Below, in pieces: positions 1 through 12,371 of a DNA stretch of 64,000 nt. The stretch's first letter is position 1, and each line of letters opens with the position of its first letter. The position numbers and the translations under genes are program-made. Below the pieces are notes generated by a model. That model saw nothing but the letters and a program-made list of their open reading frames with translations, had not been told where the DNA came from and did not search any database. The stretch is from assembly GCA_002269645.1 (NCBI GenBank), contig NIVC01000291.1:620001-684000 (forward strand), written 5' to 3'. Source of the stretch: Macrostomum lignano (Eukaryota).

Positions 1-1342
1 TCCTTATTACTGTGTGGAATTTGTGCATCACCGATGCATTCACTGAGTTGCGAACAATCAAGTAACAGCTCCGGTAGAATTTGCACTTTTCATTTCCATC
101 ACCTTCGAGTACATGCACCTGAAAGCTGCCTGAAAATTTGTCTTTGTAGATGTTTTTGTCATGTATTTCATTATCCAATGCAATTGATAAAGTCGCTGAA
201 TATTGTATTGCAAAATTTATTTATAAATAAACGAAAAAGATAAAATAAAATAAATGCTATTATTGTGCATTCTATACACTCGTAAATGTACATGTATTAA
301 TGGAATAACTTTCAAAAACAACCAAAATGTGTGCAAAAAGAAGAGAACCCGCGCATATAAATATCTAAATCCGTATATAAATACCACTGCAACACTTCAG
401 GTATGCGCGCAAGAATCTCGCGCATAAGACGTACATGTACATGTACATAAACAGTTGTCCAAAGTCAAGGTTCCCGCGCTAGCAATAACTGCATAATTAA
501 AGAGTTTCAAGAGTCAATTTAAATATCGAGTTGCACCATGACAATTTACTCATTTAATATTTCATTTTCGTAACTTCAGTTACAACCCACTGAAAAAATT
601 GCTAGCGGGCCACTAGCGGGAGCCGCTTGCAGGCCGCTATCGGGCCGCCTTTCGGGGTGTCTCGAGCGCCGCTAGCGGCCCGCTTAAGTGGCCCGATAGC
701 GGCTGGCCGCTTGATTTCCACTTTTCCACCATATTACCGCCTAGTTGCCGATATTGCCAAGCGACGCATCCGAGAAAATCCAATTTACTATGCATTCGTG
801 AATTAAGTGTAAACATGTATTTTGTACTCCTATTAGAAATTATTGGATTGTTGACGCAATGCTATTTTTATTAAGTAAATAATTAACAAGGTCATGTTTT
901 ATGCATATCATATAAGATTAAACTCTTCTAGGTATGCCTCTAGCATTTACTTACATGTCGATACAAAACTCTGTTATTTAAATATGCATTTATTTATACA
1001 AGCTACACACGCAGGTAATTCAAATGATATAACAAAAGTTGCAGAACAAGAAACTTTGTGCAGAACAGTACGAATGGCTCAGCATAAGAATTTACCAAAA
1101 AACATGCACAAAAGTTAACAGACGGCTCGAAGTTCTACTTTTAAGGGAAAATAAAGAAACATTTTTCTTTAGATTAAACTAGCGCATTAACCCCCATGGG
1201 GGCATTTCAAATTCAAAATTCAAACAAATTGAAAGCATTAAAAAATTGTTTTTTGAATATTTGACCCACTGTCGGGAATAGGGAATCGCGAGCAAATTAG
1301 TATATAGAAAGATTTTCGCACGATAGGGACTTCAACTGAGAT

Positions 1343-3267
1343 CTACTTAAGACGAGTCAACGAGGGGAAGATGACAAACTCAGTTGACGTGGGAAAGCAT
1401 ATTGCTTTGTTGGATGGGAAACCAGTAACATGCTGTTTTGATTTAGCAAAATATCCTATTCCAAGCTAGACTGCGTGAAGGGTAAGGGAAATGTTACAGA
1501 TCCTTTCGAAAAATCAATTTAAAGCCTGAAACCGAACCATCCAAATGAATAGCATTGATCATAACAGGAGAACCGTTGACAATGGCAAAATTATCAGGCT
1601 TTGCAGTGGAGAAACAAAACTTACATTTTTTATCAACTCGCAAATTTAAACTTCGCAATTCAACAAGCTGGTTCATAGCATGCGACATTATACCTCTAGT
1701 GCATCTAATTCGACGTTTGAGCATTCAAGAAAATTTTCAAAAGGAAAGGCAGAAAAATTAGACAGGGGTCCATATTGTAGGACAAATTCGTAAGGATGGA
1801 GAAGCAAATGACTGTTATATGATACACAACGTTCATCAAAATTAGTGGGTAGACCGGCAACAAACAACTCCATACATCTATGTGCATGTGCATACAAGTC
1901 TGAATAGTTACTAGAAGAGAAAACGTAATAGGCAAAATGCAGAAGAAGAAACTGGTTAAAAAGTTACAGATAAAAATTTACCAAATAAAAAGGGACCAAA
2001 TTACAAAAGCATGGTACGAAACTCAACAGCTTTGTAATGAGACAGACTGGTATCGATACGTCTAACTTGGCGCTGAAATTCACTTGGTGTAAATGACCTA
2101 TACGTTGAAATCAAATCCGAAAGAGACATCAAACCCGGCAAGTTAGCTTAAACCCTTTGAATTGAGAAAAGAAAAAATGAAACAAACGCCGAGTGACACA
2201 AAGGCAAACGCAATGCTAGTTGACGCCGCTAGTTGATTATTTTCTTTCTGTTGTATGTAAAGTTCATCACTTCTGGAAGCACCAACAGAAGTAGAAAAAA
2301 CGACACGGTCAACGTGATAACGGCCTTTAGCCCGACAATAACCGCAGCCATTTTTTGCCGTGTGTCCAGAGATGCACTGAATATAAGCTCTGGCTGGGGC
2401 ATCACAGACAAAAAAAACTTGCCCAGCCTAACACGAATTCCCTCAACAATGATGCCTGTAAGGCGCAAATTTTTGAGCTCACGAACAAAGTCTGCCAAAT
2501 AAATGGCCACATCTGGTTTTTAAGAACTATAGTACAAAGCAACAGGAAATGGTGTCCGAATATCATTGAAGCAAACAAGTATTGGCCAAAAAGAAGCTGC
2601 AGAACTTTTTTAGACAGGCAGGCCATCAATATTAACTTTAAAGTTCACAACAAGATCAGCACCACTGGGCGGAATCAGTTTTTTATTCTTAATACAAAAC
2701 TCGATGTTGTCGCGAATACTTAATAGCAATACTGGCCAGAACCCATGTCTTTAATAAGCGAAGAAAATTTAGAATTTGCGTTTTGGAGAAGATGCAAAGT
2801 TGGAGGCAGATTTTGACAGGTACACATTCTATGCAGCAGATCAATCAGAAACTTTCTGGCAGCAACCGATAAATTAAACATTGTAAAAAAAACATAAGTT
2901 CATCAGCAAAGGTCAACTTGCAACTGTCATTTTCAACTTCGTCACCTTCATTGTCAACTGCAGACCCAGCCGCATCGTCTGATGGCGAGAAATAATCCAG
3001 ATCGGACTCATCAAACTGGACATCACCAAGGTTGTCGAGTCCCAAATCTTCATCCTCTAGACCGCTGTCGCTTTCAGTGTGTTGATTGTCATTACTAGTC
3101 ACCTCAGTATCCATTTGATGATTTGCATTGGCACTGTCAGCTTGCAATGGGTTAGGATCAGCTTCAACTGTTTTGAAACTTTCGAAAGTAGTTGAGGTGT
3201 CCCAAAGCAAAGAATGTAGCTGCCGATTGATGGCCTGGTTTGAGGATCAAGAATTACTCATTGGCAT
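1343..3267 (-). pseudogene. EnSpm/CACTA-type transposase pseudogene (stops and frameshifts)
   Basis: Manual minus-strand translation gives family motifs in order: NIDGLPV*KSSAASFWPIL, FVCDAPARAYIQCISGHTAKNGCGYC, HCVCLCVTRRL, PSEFQRQVRRID..HYKAVEFRTMLL*FGP and VSYNSHLLLH...YGPLSNFSAFPFENFL (ORF 1688-1897). Several in-frame stops and frameshifts. Confidence 0.85.
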
Positions 3268-3770
3268 GAATTTTAAGAGTAATTTATTCTCATTTTTATA
3301 GGTTTTGCATAAGAAAAACAAGTAAACAAACTAGCACCTTGACACATTTGTACTGGTAGATGCAAACATTTGCTTCTAACTGCTATACGAGATAGATATA
3401 AATCCTATATCTTAAAAAAGTTTACACTACAATTAAGCTAACCAATTAATATTAAAGCAAACAAAATCAAATAATTTTAACACTGAAACTTAAAAAGAAC
3501 ACATAATGCAATACAATATATTATAGCACAACAAAGAACATGTATGCAATTTTAGTATGCAATTTATATTAATCAAAAATAAATTTATAAATTATGAAAT
3601 TTACTAATAATATTTTCACAAATTATAAACCTTATAAAAACTATAAATTTTAAGTTGTATAAAAATAATAGACAAACTTAGTAAGGCTTGCTTAGCCTAG
3701 AGGTAGATTTAGGAGGGCAAAAGGATAGCAACCCCTTTTTGCTATGGCTAAACTTGTATATAAGGAGGAA

Positions 3771-4189
3771 GGCGCATGACCAAGACCGCCACATACCAAG
3801 ACCGCCACAGCTCTTACTGACTATTGGAATTGAGGGGAAGCTACCAATCTTTCAGCATTGCTATTGGTTATGATGAGTTGTGGAGTTAGATGAGGAGGAA
3901 GTGTCCTAAGATTGGTCACTAATAAGATGAATAAGTGGCCCAAAATGATTGCAAGTCAACCAGGGCAATTTTAACAATTTAAATTAAATGAAAAAAACAA
4001 GGAACCTGGCTCACCACCTACCTGGCCAGGCTGGCCTGCTCACCAGTTCCCCTCTCGTGGCCTTGTCTTGCTGGCTCTCCCCATCTCACCCCTCCTCAGC
4101 ACCATCCAATAACATGGCAAGCCAAATTCCTCCCTCTTAGCTCCCCCAAGTGTGGCGGTCTTGGTGTGTGGCGGTCTTGGTCCTACACC
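3771..4189. mobile_element. MITE (Mutator-like, 419 bp) nested in the EnSpm element
   Basis: About 38-bp inverted termini GG(C/T)G(C/T)A(T/G)GACCAAGACCGCCACA(T/C)ACCAAGACCGCCAC. Exact 8-bp direct repeat AGGAGGAA at 3763-3770 and 4190-4197. Superfamily assignment is inferred from the GG termini and TSD length. Confidence 0.75.
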
Positions 4190-6184
4190 AGGAGGAATAC
4201 TACAATAGGCTAGGCCTATTCAAAGCTTATTTTGGGCCAATCTAGGTGGGACCACTCTCTACGTTAAAAATCCTAGACCTACTACTAGCTTAGTCTATTT
4301 ATTATTAAGATAGGCTTAGACTTAGTCTTAGCATAGGCCTAGCAAGTGACATTGGCCTATGTAATTTATACAATTATAGGCCTAGCTTTATTATTAAAGC
4401 AAAACAATCATTTAATATAAATGCTGTTAATATGCCAAAAAATAAAATCTTTGCTAAGGCTTAGTTAACTTAACACTTGTTAGGGGCAAAGCAGGCCTAC
4501 CTAAATAATCTTAAAATAGTAGGCCTAGCACTAGGCCTAGCGACTAATAATAGAAAACTCTAAAAATATTTTGGCTTAGCCTTTAGGCCTATTAACACTT
4601 TAAATATCCTTTATTCTCCTGGAAATAGCATCAATAGCAATATAACATCTAGTGAATATAGACTCTTGATTCAATTCAATAAGCAACCGGAAATTATTCA
4701 ACCAGTTTAAAACACGAAAGCTAGATAAGATAGAGTTAAAATTATGCAAAACAAAGTAAAAACAGTACATCAAGCCAAGGAAACCAGAAAAATCAAAACT
4801 GTCCTTAGGTTTGGCGATAACAACAATAATAAAATACTTCAAAACCGAAAGGATTTAAATATACTAGGGCAATGCTGCGCTATCTTCTTAATACTGCAGT
4901 GCAGTACGTGCCGAGACCCTTCAAGAAAACGCTTGCAGAAATGTTTTTTAAAGTCCCGCAAAAATTCTGATCAGATTGACCATCTTTAAGACTCGATTAA
5001 CAAAATAAACAATATTTTTTTGAAAGCTACAGTTTATTTACTTATAAAATTAGGTTTTCTGTTTTTAAATGAAGTGCACAATTAAATAATTTAATAACAA
5101 GACAAAAAACTCAGTTGTATGAGTTCATGGTCGGCTTGCTGGCGGCAAATTTTAGTTGCCACCATTTCGCCGCTATTAAGTAAAATCGTATTTACAGCGC
5201 TTAAACCCCAAAAAAATATGTTTTAACAATTTTTTGGTTTCTTTTCGACAAATTTTAGGGGCTTTTTTATTTTTTTGTCCGCCGCTACTATGCCACCATA
5301 CAGATAGCGGCTCACTAGTGGCACGCTAGCGGCTTTTTCAGTGGGAAGTGTACATGCATGCAGTCATTATAATGCCTAATTAAAGAAAAAAAAATAATTT
5401 GCATTCACATGCCCATGTACATGTAATAACAGGAGTAGTACAGCTGTGCTTAGATTTGTATTCGTGTACGTGCGTTTGAAATAAATCAGGTTAATTTTGA
5501 GCAAATTTGATATGTTCTGAGATATAATTGACACAAATGAGTTTCAGTAAAATGAATTTGTAACTGGAGCCAAACAACCATAGTATATTAGGTGCGTCTA
5601 CAACTATGAATGACATTGCACGCAGAAGGCAAGGTTTCGCTTCTATTGTCAATCGGTCTGAAGTTTTCCTCATTTCCTACATCATATTGCATGATCATTA
5701 AGTTCGCCATATAAAATGTTTTATTGATTGTCCAATATTTAAAATGTTTAAAATGAATGATCCAATAACTTTCAAACTCAGTTTATATCAAACAGTTGCG
5801 ATTGAAGTATTTTTAAATATTTCCAAAAATAAACTTTAATCTGTCAAATACTTTTTACAGTATTATATAATTTTTACTATCATTCTTATCACCCAGTCCG
5901 CCCTTTTCCGGTTTTAGTACTTGTAACAATAATATAAGTATAACAAATAAATATTAAAATATATAATTTCTTACGACTAAAATCTATTATCTACTCTAAA
6001 GCCTTACAAAATAAAGCTATTCATTGCAAAATTCATTTAATAATTTTTTCTATTAGCTGATAAAGCATAGTAACACTATTTATACAAATTTTTGCATATT
6101 TAGTTTGCACAAATATTTGTATTTTTTGCTGGCAGCTTCGTTTTTCATATGATCGCTTTAGAACGTACAATATAAATATTATTC

Positions 6185-7379
6185 ATGGCCACATATGGTG
6201 ATCCTCATTTCGATGGATTTCCAAGCATTCACAGACACAGAGTTCGAGAAGGGTGGCGAACAGATGATTTGACTAGAGACTCGTTAAACTTTCAGAATCG
6301 CAGCTTGTCAGATGTAAGTAAATGTTGCGATTTTGAGTCGCATCACACCATTTAAGACTCACGATAGTAACAATTTACAACGCTTTGTATTTTTATGACA
6401 CATTTTAGTATTTTTCAAAGATTGAATGTATAGTTAGAGTTATATATAGAGATATTAAAAGCCATAAAGTGATGCTAACACAAAGCATGTAGTTAATTGT
6501 CTTATTTAGAAAGCAGTCTTAATTTTTCCTAGTTTGCTTTTAGGAAATGTAAGGTCCTTGTGTATTCATTATGCTATTTTATTGACAGTTTGAAGTTTGG
6601 ACTGTCAACTGTACATATACACTTGACGTGACTTAGTATGAAGAAGTTAGAGTTAAATAAAATCACAATGCTGCTTTAAAAAATTCTAAATAGTATAAAA
6701 CGTATAAAACGTGTATTCCTCCACTTTTAAACCTGCTTCTCAAGCTGTAATTTTCAATAATATGATGTCACTGCATGCTTTACTACAAGCTATTTAAGAA
6801 ATGGATAACATGACAAACAAAATGCATGAGCAATAAGCTAATTTACTGCAACTTCCTTTCACTAACCCCAATGCCTATTGATTCACAACCTATAAGCAAA
6901 AGAAAATTGAGTAGAAAGCCTTTTCTACTTTTGTCAATTAACAAATTGTGCAGTTTTGAGTTTATTTATGAAATAATGAAATATGGAGTAACTCATTAAA
7001 TATATTCATAGATATGTACATGTCATATCTATATGTCAAGAACATATGTCAAGAATGACATATGTATATGTCAAGTATTCATAAACGATGAAAACAGTCT
7101 TAAGGTATACAGATATAAATCAAATAAAATGAGTACCTTATTCTCAAGTGATGTACAGCAGTCTGAAGAACTCAAAGCAGGCAAGATCATTCTACAAGTA
7201 TAAACTTTTACTAATGCAATTTTTATTAAGAAAATGCTATAATAATTTCTTTTTTACCAGCTCCAAGAACAAGTTCGATTGCACAAGGAAGAGCTGCGAC
7301 GCAAGGATGATCTTATCCGTGAACTGCAAAGGTAAGTGACTTGCAGCCTGTTACTCTTTGGATTGATTGGCAGACAAGC

Positions 7380-7422
<43 letters not shown>

Positions 7423-7443
7423 CAGACAGACAGACAGACAAGA

Positions 7444-7480
<37 letters not shown>

Positions 7481-7483
7481 GGC

Positions 7484-7524
<41 letters not shown>

Positions 7525-9069
7525 CACAGACAGACAGACAGGCAGACAGACAGACAGACAGACAGACAAGCAGACAGACAGACAGACAGACAGGCAGACA
7601 GACAGAGACAGACAGACAGACCAGACGGACAGGCAGGCAGACACGCAGAAGTCCAACTCCCCGCCGCAGCATGGACGCGGTCTGCCAGGACCACGAGCGC
7701 CATTATTCATCAGTGGCAGCGGCGGCCAGCCAGCCAGCGGCCAACGCCTGTCCGACGGCCCGGTCTGACCTCGCGGCCATGCAGACCCGGCTGGACAACC
7801 TCATTGGCCGGCTGCGGGATCGGGACCTTCAGCTGGATGCGGCCAGCGAGACTATCCGTGACCTGCGTTCCCAGCTGGCGCAGCTGAAGAGCAGTCAGGA
7901 GACGCAGTCGGAGGACGCGCGCAAGCGCGCAGAATTTCCGCTACGCGTCAGGCGCGCACTGGCTACGACCTCCGTCCTGGCCGAGGACCTGGACGGCCTC
8001 GTGAACAAAGTTTCGGAGCTGGTGAAGGAAAATGTGGACATGAAAGCGCAGATTCACACGCTGACGGATCAACAGGTGAGATTCTTCGATAGCCAAGTTT
8101 AGTGCACGTGGACTGGCGCAGCCCCCCCCCCTGTAGAGCAGGCCGCTGTGCATCCTGTGTGAGCGCACGTGCTCAGGCGTCAGCGGGAATGGGCAGGGCT
8201 TTTGGTGTTCTCTCGGGCTGCGTTTATTCGATACATATCGGCGATTTATCCCCCCCCTCCCGCCAATCCCAGGCCACAATGGAGCTGGCGGCTGCGGCCA
8301 ACAAGCAGACGATCGAGCGGCTGCTGGCCGAGGTGAACAAGGAGTACCGCGCCGCCTTCCAGCTGGGCTTCACCGAGGCCGAGTTCAAGACCGAGACGGA
8401 CAAGCTCAAGGAGGAGAATGAGCAGCTGACTAAGAAGGCCGAGCTGCTGGAGATTCAGCTCAATGCGGAGAAGGCAACGGTAATAGAAATGCTCGAGTCT
8501 TCATGAGCTCTTGAGCACAGTCGGGAGCTCATAGCAGTCACTTCTCAAACCCCAAAACCCCTGCGCAGGTGGAGACGGTGAAGGCGGACCTGAGCGAGAA
8601 GGAGGCGCAGCTCTCCAAGCTGGACTGCGAGAAGCGCGAGGCGGCGCACAGCTCCGAGACCCTCGGCAAGCAGCTGGCGGGCTTCGTGGACTCGCTGGCC
8701 ACCATGCTGGGCACTGCGTACAACCGGGTGCCTTCGACCGAAGAGGCCGTCAGGGAGAAGGTGCGCCAGCTGTTGGCCGACATCCGCAACCACTCGGCCG
8801 CCATGGCTGGCCTGGAGGAGCGCGTGAAGACGGTGACGGGCCAGCTGGGGCAGCAGCTAGAGGCCAACAGGAAACGCGAGGAGCGCGGAGTGGCTGCTGA
8901 GGGCGAAGCCAAGGAGCTGCGGGACAAACTGCGGGCGGTGGAGGCCCAACTGGCAGCTGGGGACGTCATCAGGGAGAGCCTGCGAGGGGATAAGGTGAGA
9001 GGATGGGGCAGGCAGGCAGGCAGACAGAGAGACAGGCAGGCAGACAGACAGTCAGAGAGACAGACAGGC

Positions 9070-9138
<69 letters not shown>

Positions 9139-9153
9139 GGCAGTCAAGCAGGC

Positions 9154-9198
<45 letters not shown>

Positions 9199-9213
9199 GG
9201 CAGTCAAGCAGGC

Positions 9214-9250
<37 letters not shown>

Positions 9251-9273
9251 GGCAGGCAGGCAGGCAGGCAGGC

Positions 9274-9322
<49 letters not shown>

Positions 9323-9334
9323 GGCAGGCAAGGC

Positions 9335-9365
<31 letters not shown>

Positions 9366-9416
9366 GACAGACAGACAGACAGACAGGCAGACATACAGAC
9401 AGACAGACAGACAGGC

Positions 9417-9457
<41 letters not shown>

Positions 9458-11098
9458 GGTAGACAGACAGGCACGTACGCCCCCCCCCTGCCAGGACCGG
9501 CTCTACCAGTACCTGAAGCGGCTGGGCCAGGCTCTGAGCATGGAGGCCTCAGCCATTGACGTGGCCTACGACGTGCTCGGCGAAGGCCTGGTGGAGCGGG
9601 CCGAGCAGCTGGTTCGGCAGGGCGGCGGCTGCTGCGGCTGCGACAACGGCGGTGGCCTCCGCAGGCGAGTGGACTCGCTGAAAGAGCAGCTGGAGTCCAA
9701 GGACCTTCACCTGGAGCTCATGCGCCGCCGGCTTGCCCAGCTGGACGGCAGCGGCGCCGCCGCGCCCTCCGGCGGAGTCGCCGACTTGGAGCGGGAGAGG
9801 GCGCGGCAGGCGGAGCGGCGGCTGGAGAAGGCGCACCGGATGCTGGAGGATGCCAGGTGAGCGGCCAGCCCATGGGATGGGAACGTGAACGTGATCGTGT
9901 CTAAACTGTGAACAGAAGTGTCTAACTGTGAACAGAAGTGTCTAACTGTTAACAGAAGTGTTTAACTGTGAACAGAAGTTTCTAACTGTGAACAGAAGTG
10001 TCTAACAGTGAACGGAGTGTCTAACTGTGAACAGAAGTGTCTAACTGTGAACAGAAGTGTCTAACTATTACCAGAAGTGTTTAACTGTGAACAGAAGTGT
10101 CTAACTGTGAACAGAAGTGTCTAACTGTGAACAGAAGTGTCTAACTGTGAACAGAAGTGTCTAACTGTTACCAGAAGTGTTTAACTGTGAACAGAAGTGT
10201 CTAACTGTGAACAGAAGTGTCTAACTGTGAACAGAAGTGTCCAACTGTGAACGGAGTGTCTAACAATGTTTAACAAATGAATTTGGTATCGATAGCAGGT
10301 GAAAGAATGCTATTCTACATGTAGCAGGTGAATTACAGCAGGAGGGGCCAAACAGGTGAACCTTGCAGTGTCTAAAAAGTAATTGACCTCATAATTGAAC
10401 GCTGTAAAACGGATGCAGATAGAAGCAGGACTCAATCAATCCGAACCCCCCCCCCGAAAATCGGCAGGCGCGAAGCGGACGATCTGCGCGCCCAGCTGAG
10501 CGGCTTCGGCGAGCTGCGCGCGGCCGCCAGCCGGCAGGACCGGGACCTCGAGCAGCTGGAGGCGGCGCTGGACAAACTGGAGCGGGTGCGCCAGAAGCAG
10601 GCCCAGCGCATCGCCAGCCTGAAGACGCAGCTGGCCGAATGCAGGCGCGACTCGGACGAGAGCCTTCGCTGCCTGTCCGAGGAGCTGCGGGTGGCCCGCC
10701 AGGAGCTGGACGAGGCCGTGGCCAGGGAGCGCCGGCTGGCGGAGCTCCGGGCGTCGGTGTCGCGCCTCGTGCTGGCGGCCGGAGACTCCGGCGACGATGC
10801 GAGCATCTTGGCCAGGCTGCAGCAGCTGCTGTGGCACAGGCAGCAGCAGCCGCAGCCTCCGCTTCATCATCAGCAGCCGCAGTTTCAGCAGCACTACGGC
10901 AGCCAGCAGCTGCACTGCAGCACCGCTGGAGCCTGGGGAGACTGTCAGAGGTCCTGCGGCTGCGGAGGCGGCGGCTGCTGCGACGGCGGTGGCGGAGGCT
11001 GCGACTGCGACTGCGGAGCTCGGCGCGGTCGGGGCAGCAAGCGGCGCCACGGCGGGGCGCGCAGCGCTTCCTGTGGTCCTGAATACCGGCGCTACTAA
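6185..11098 (+). CDS. CCDC170: Coiled-coil domain-containing protein 170-like, 7 coding exons, 743 aa
   Basis: join(6185..6313,7261..7331,7670..8075,8273..8479,8569..8994,9495..9856,10468..11098) = 2232 nt. All introns are GT-AG with consistent phases. Long heptad-rich protein. Segments [12 protein letters not shown] and [22 protein letters not shown] resemble CCDC170 (recognised from memory, not from a search). Confidence 0.75.
7370..7645. repeat. (GACA)n microsatellite, CCDC170 intron 2
   Basis: Visible tandem ACAG run with GCAG variants. It is the source of the QTDR and LSVC ORFs. Confidence 0.95.
9005..9472. repeat. (GACA)n microsatellite, CCDC170 intron 5
   Basis: Visible tandem ACAG/GCAG run between the donor at 8995 and the acceptor at 9494. 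Confidence 0.95.
9903..10262. repeat. 20-bp minisatellite (AACTGTGAACAGAAGTGTCT)n, CCDC170 intron 6
   Basis: About 18 visible tandem copies. Confidence 0.95.
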
Positions 11099-12371
11099 TT
11101 ATTAAATTGCATTCTACTAGCAAGAGTAGCCGTTGTTTTGAAGGCCGATTTGAAGTAGAAAACTTCCGAGCTACAGATATTCCATCTTCTGTGGCTTCCA
11201 TCAAAGTGTAAGGAAGATTTACACCTAGCTTCAGAGCCGATTGCTTGGGCAGTCTATGATGCCTATTGGATCCATGCAAGTTTTGGCCATAGACAACTGC
11301 GCGTATCATTTTCACGCTTACACTAGCGAGGTCACTTCAAACCCGTGCAGTGCAGTTGTCTATGGCCAAAGCTCACTTAGAGCCCATAGTGTCATAGACA
11401 CGTACTTAACAATGTTGTGCACTCCACGCCTTACTACTTAGTCTGACAAAAGCGATATGGTTCAGCAGCAGAGGTCCTTATCAGATGTCGGTAAATCGAT
11501 TAGAAATTTTAGACAAAGTCAAGCTGCAGCTCTCAGCACTCAATAGTTATGCCTGGCCGCTGACCCACTGCACCTGCAAGATGCTGTATTTATCCGCTAT
11601 ACACATATATATATATATTATTTTGACATATTATTCTTGTATTTTTCTGTTTACTTGGACAAATTTGACCATGATTTTTAAATTCTCTTATGCGCTGTTG
11701 ACTTTACTACTATATTATTATATTTGACGCCTGGCCACTGACGGAACAATCAATGTTTATTTCTAAACGTTATTTTAAAAGTACATCAGGTACCGTAGGC
11801 GCACTCGGACACTTGTATACTAGTATGCCGGCAAGTGGAGTTAACCAGATGCACTGGAACCCAAAGCAAGAAATGATCTCTTTAACTGTCCATGTCAAGT
11901 CCATGCTTAATGCTTTATACCTGTAAGCCGCATTCTTCAGGAATTTCGTATCGTGTATCCTTTTCTTATTTTCCCACCCCCTCGGCTCATAAGCCGCAAT
12001 TGATAAAAGCGTACACTGATATAATAATATACTCTATATATGCCAGCTAGTAGGCCCAGTCGGGTTGTTCGAGTTCTGTTGAAAAATGACAAATAACTCT
12101 TAAAAATCACATTCGATTAAAAATGTTTTTTCTGTTAAATTTAGATTTCACAGTCTCCTGGTCTGTTGGCATCGCTGTGTGATCTGCTCAGCGTTCAGAG
12201 ACACAAAAACAGGCGGAGGGCGCGCACAGAAATTGAAGTCACTAAAGCGGGGGGACGGTCTCGGTCCTGGCGAAGATGCACATTCTGATATCGGAGTTAA
12301 CAGCCCCCCCCCCGAGTTCTCAGCCACCAACTCAATGATTTCCCATAATGTCGGGCGCCGTGCGAACCGCT

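Larger units (their letters stand above)
586..5345 (-). mobile_element. EnSpm/CACTA (CMC superfamily) DNA transposon, decayed
   Basis: Imperfect terminal inverted repeats: CCCACTGAAAAAATTGCTAGCGGGCCACTAG at 586 versus the reverse complement of ...CACTAGTGGCACGCTAGCGGCTTTTTCAGTGGG ending at 5345. AA flanks both sides (584-585, 5346-5347), a 2-bp TSD. Subterminal GCTAGCGG/CCGCTA repeats. Contains a transposase pseudogene. Confidence 0.8.

Noticed and set aside
7254-9474. Long QTDR/LSVC ORFs on both strands
   Set aside because: They are translations of (GACA)n microsatellites lying inside GT-AG introns of CCDC170.
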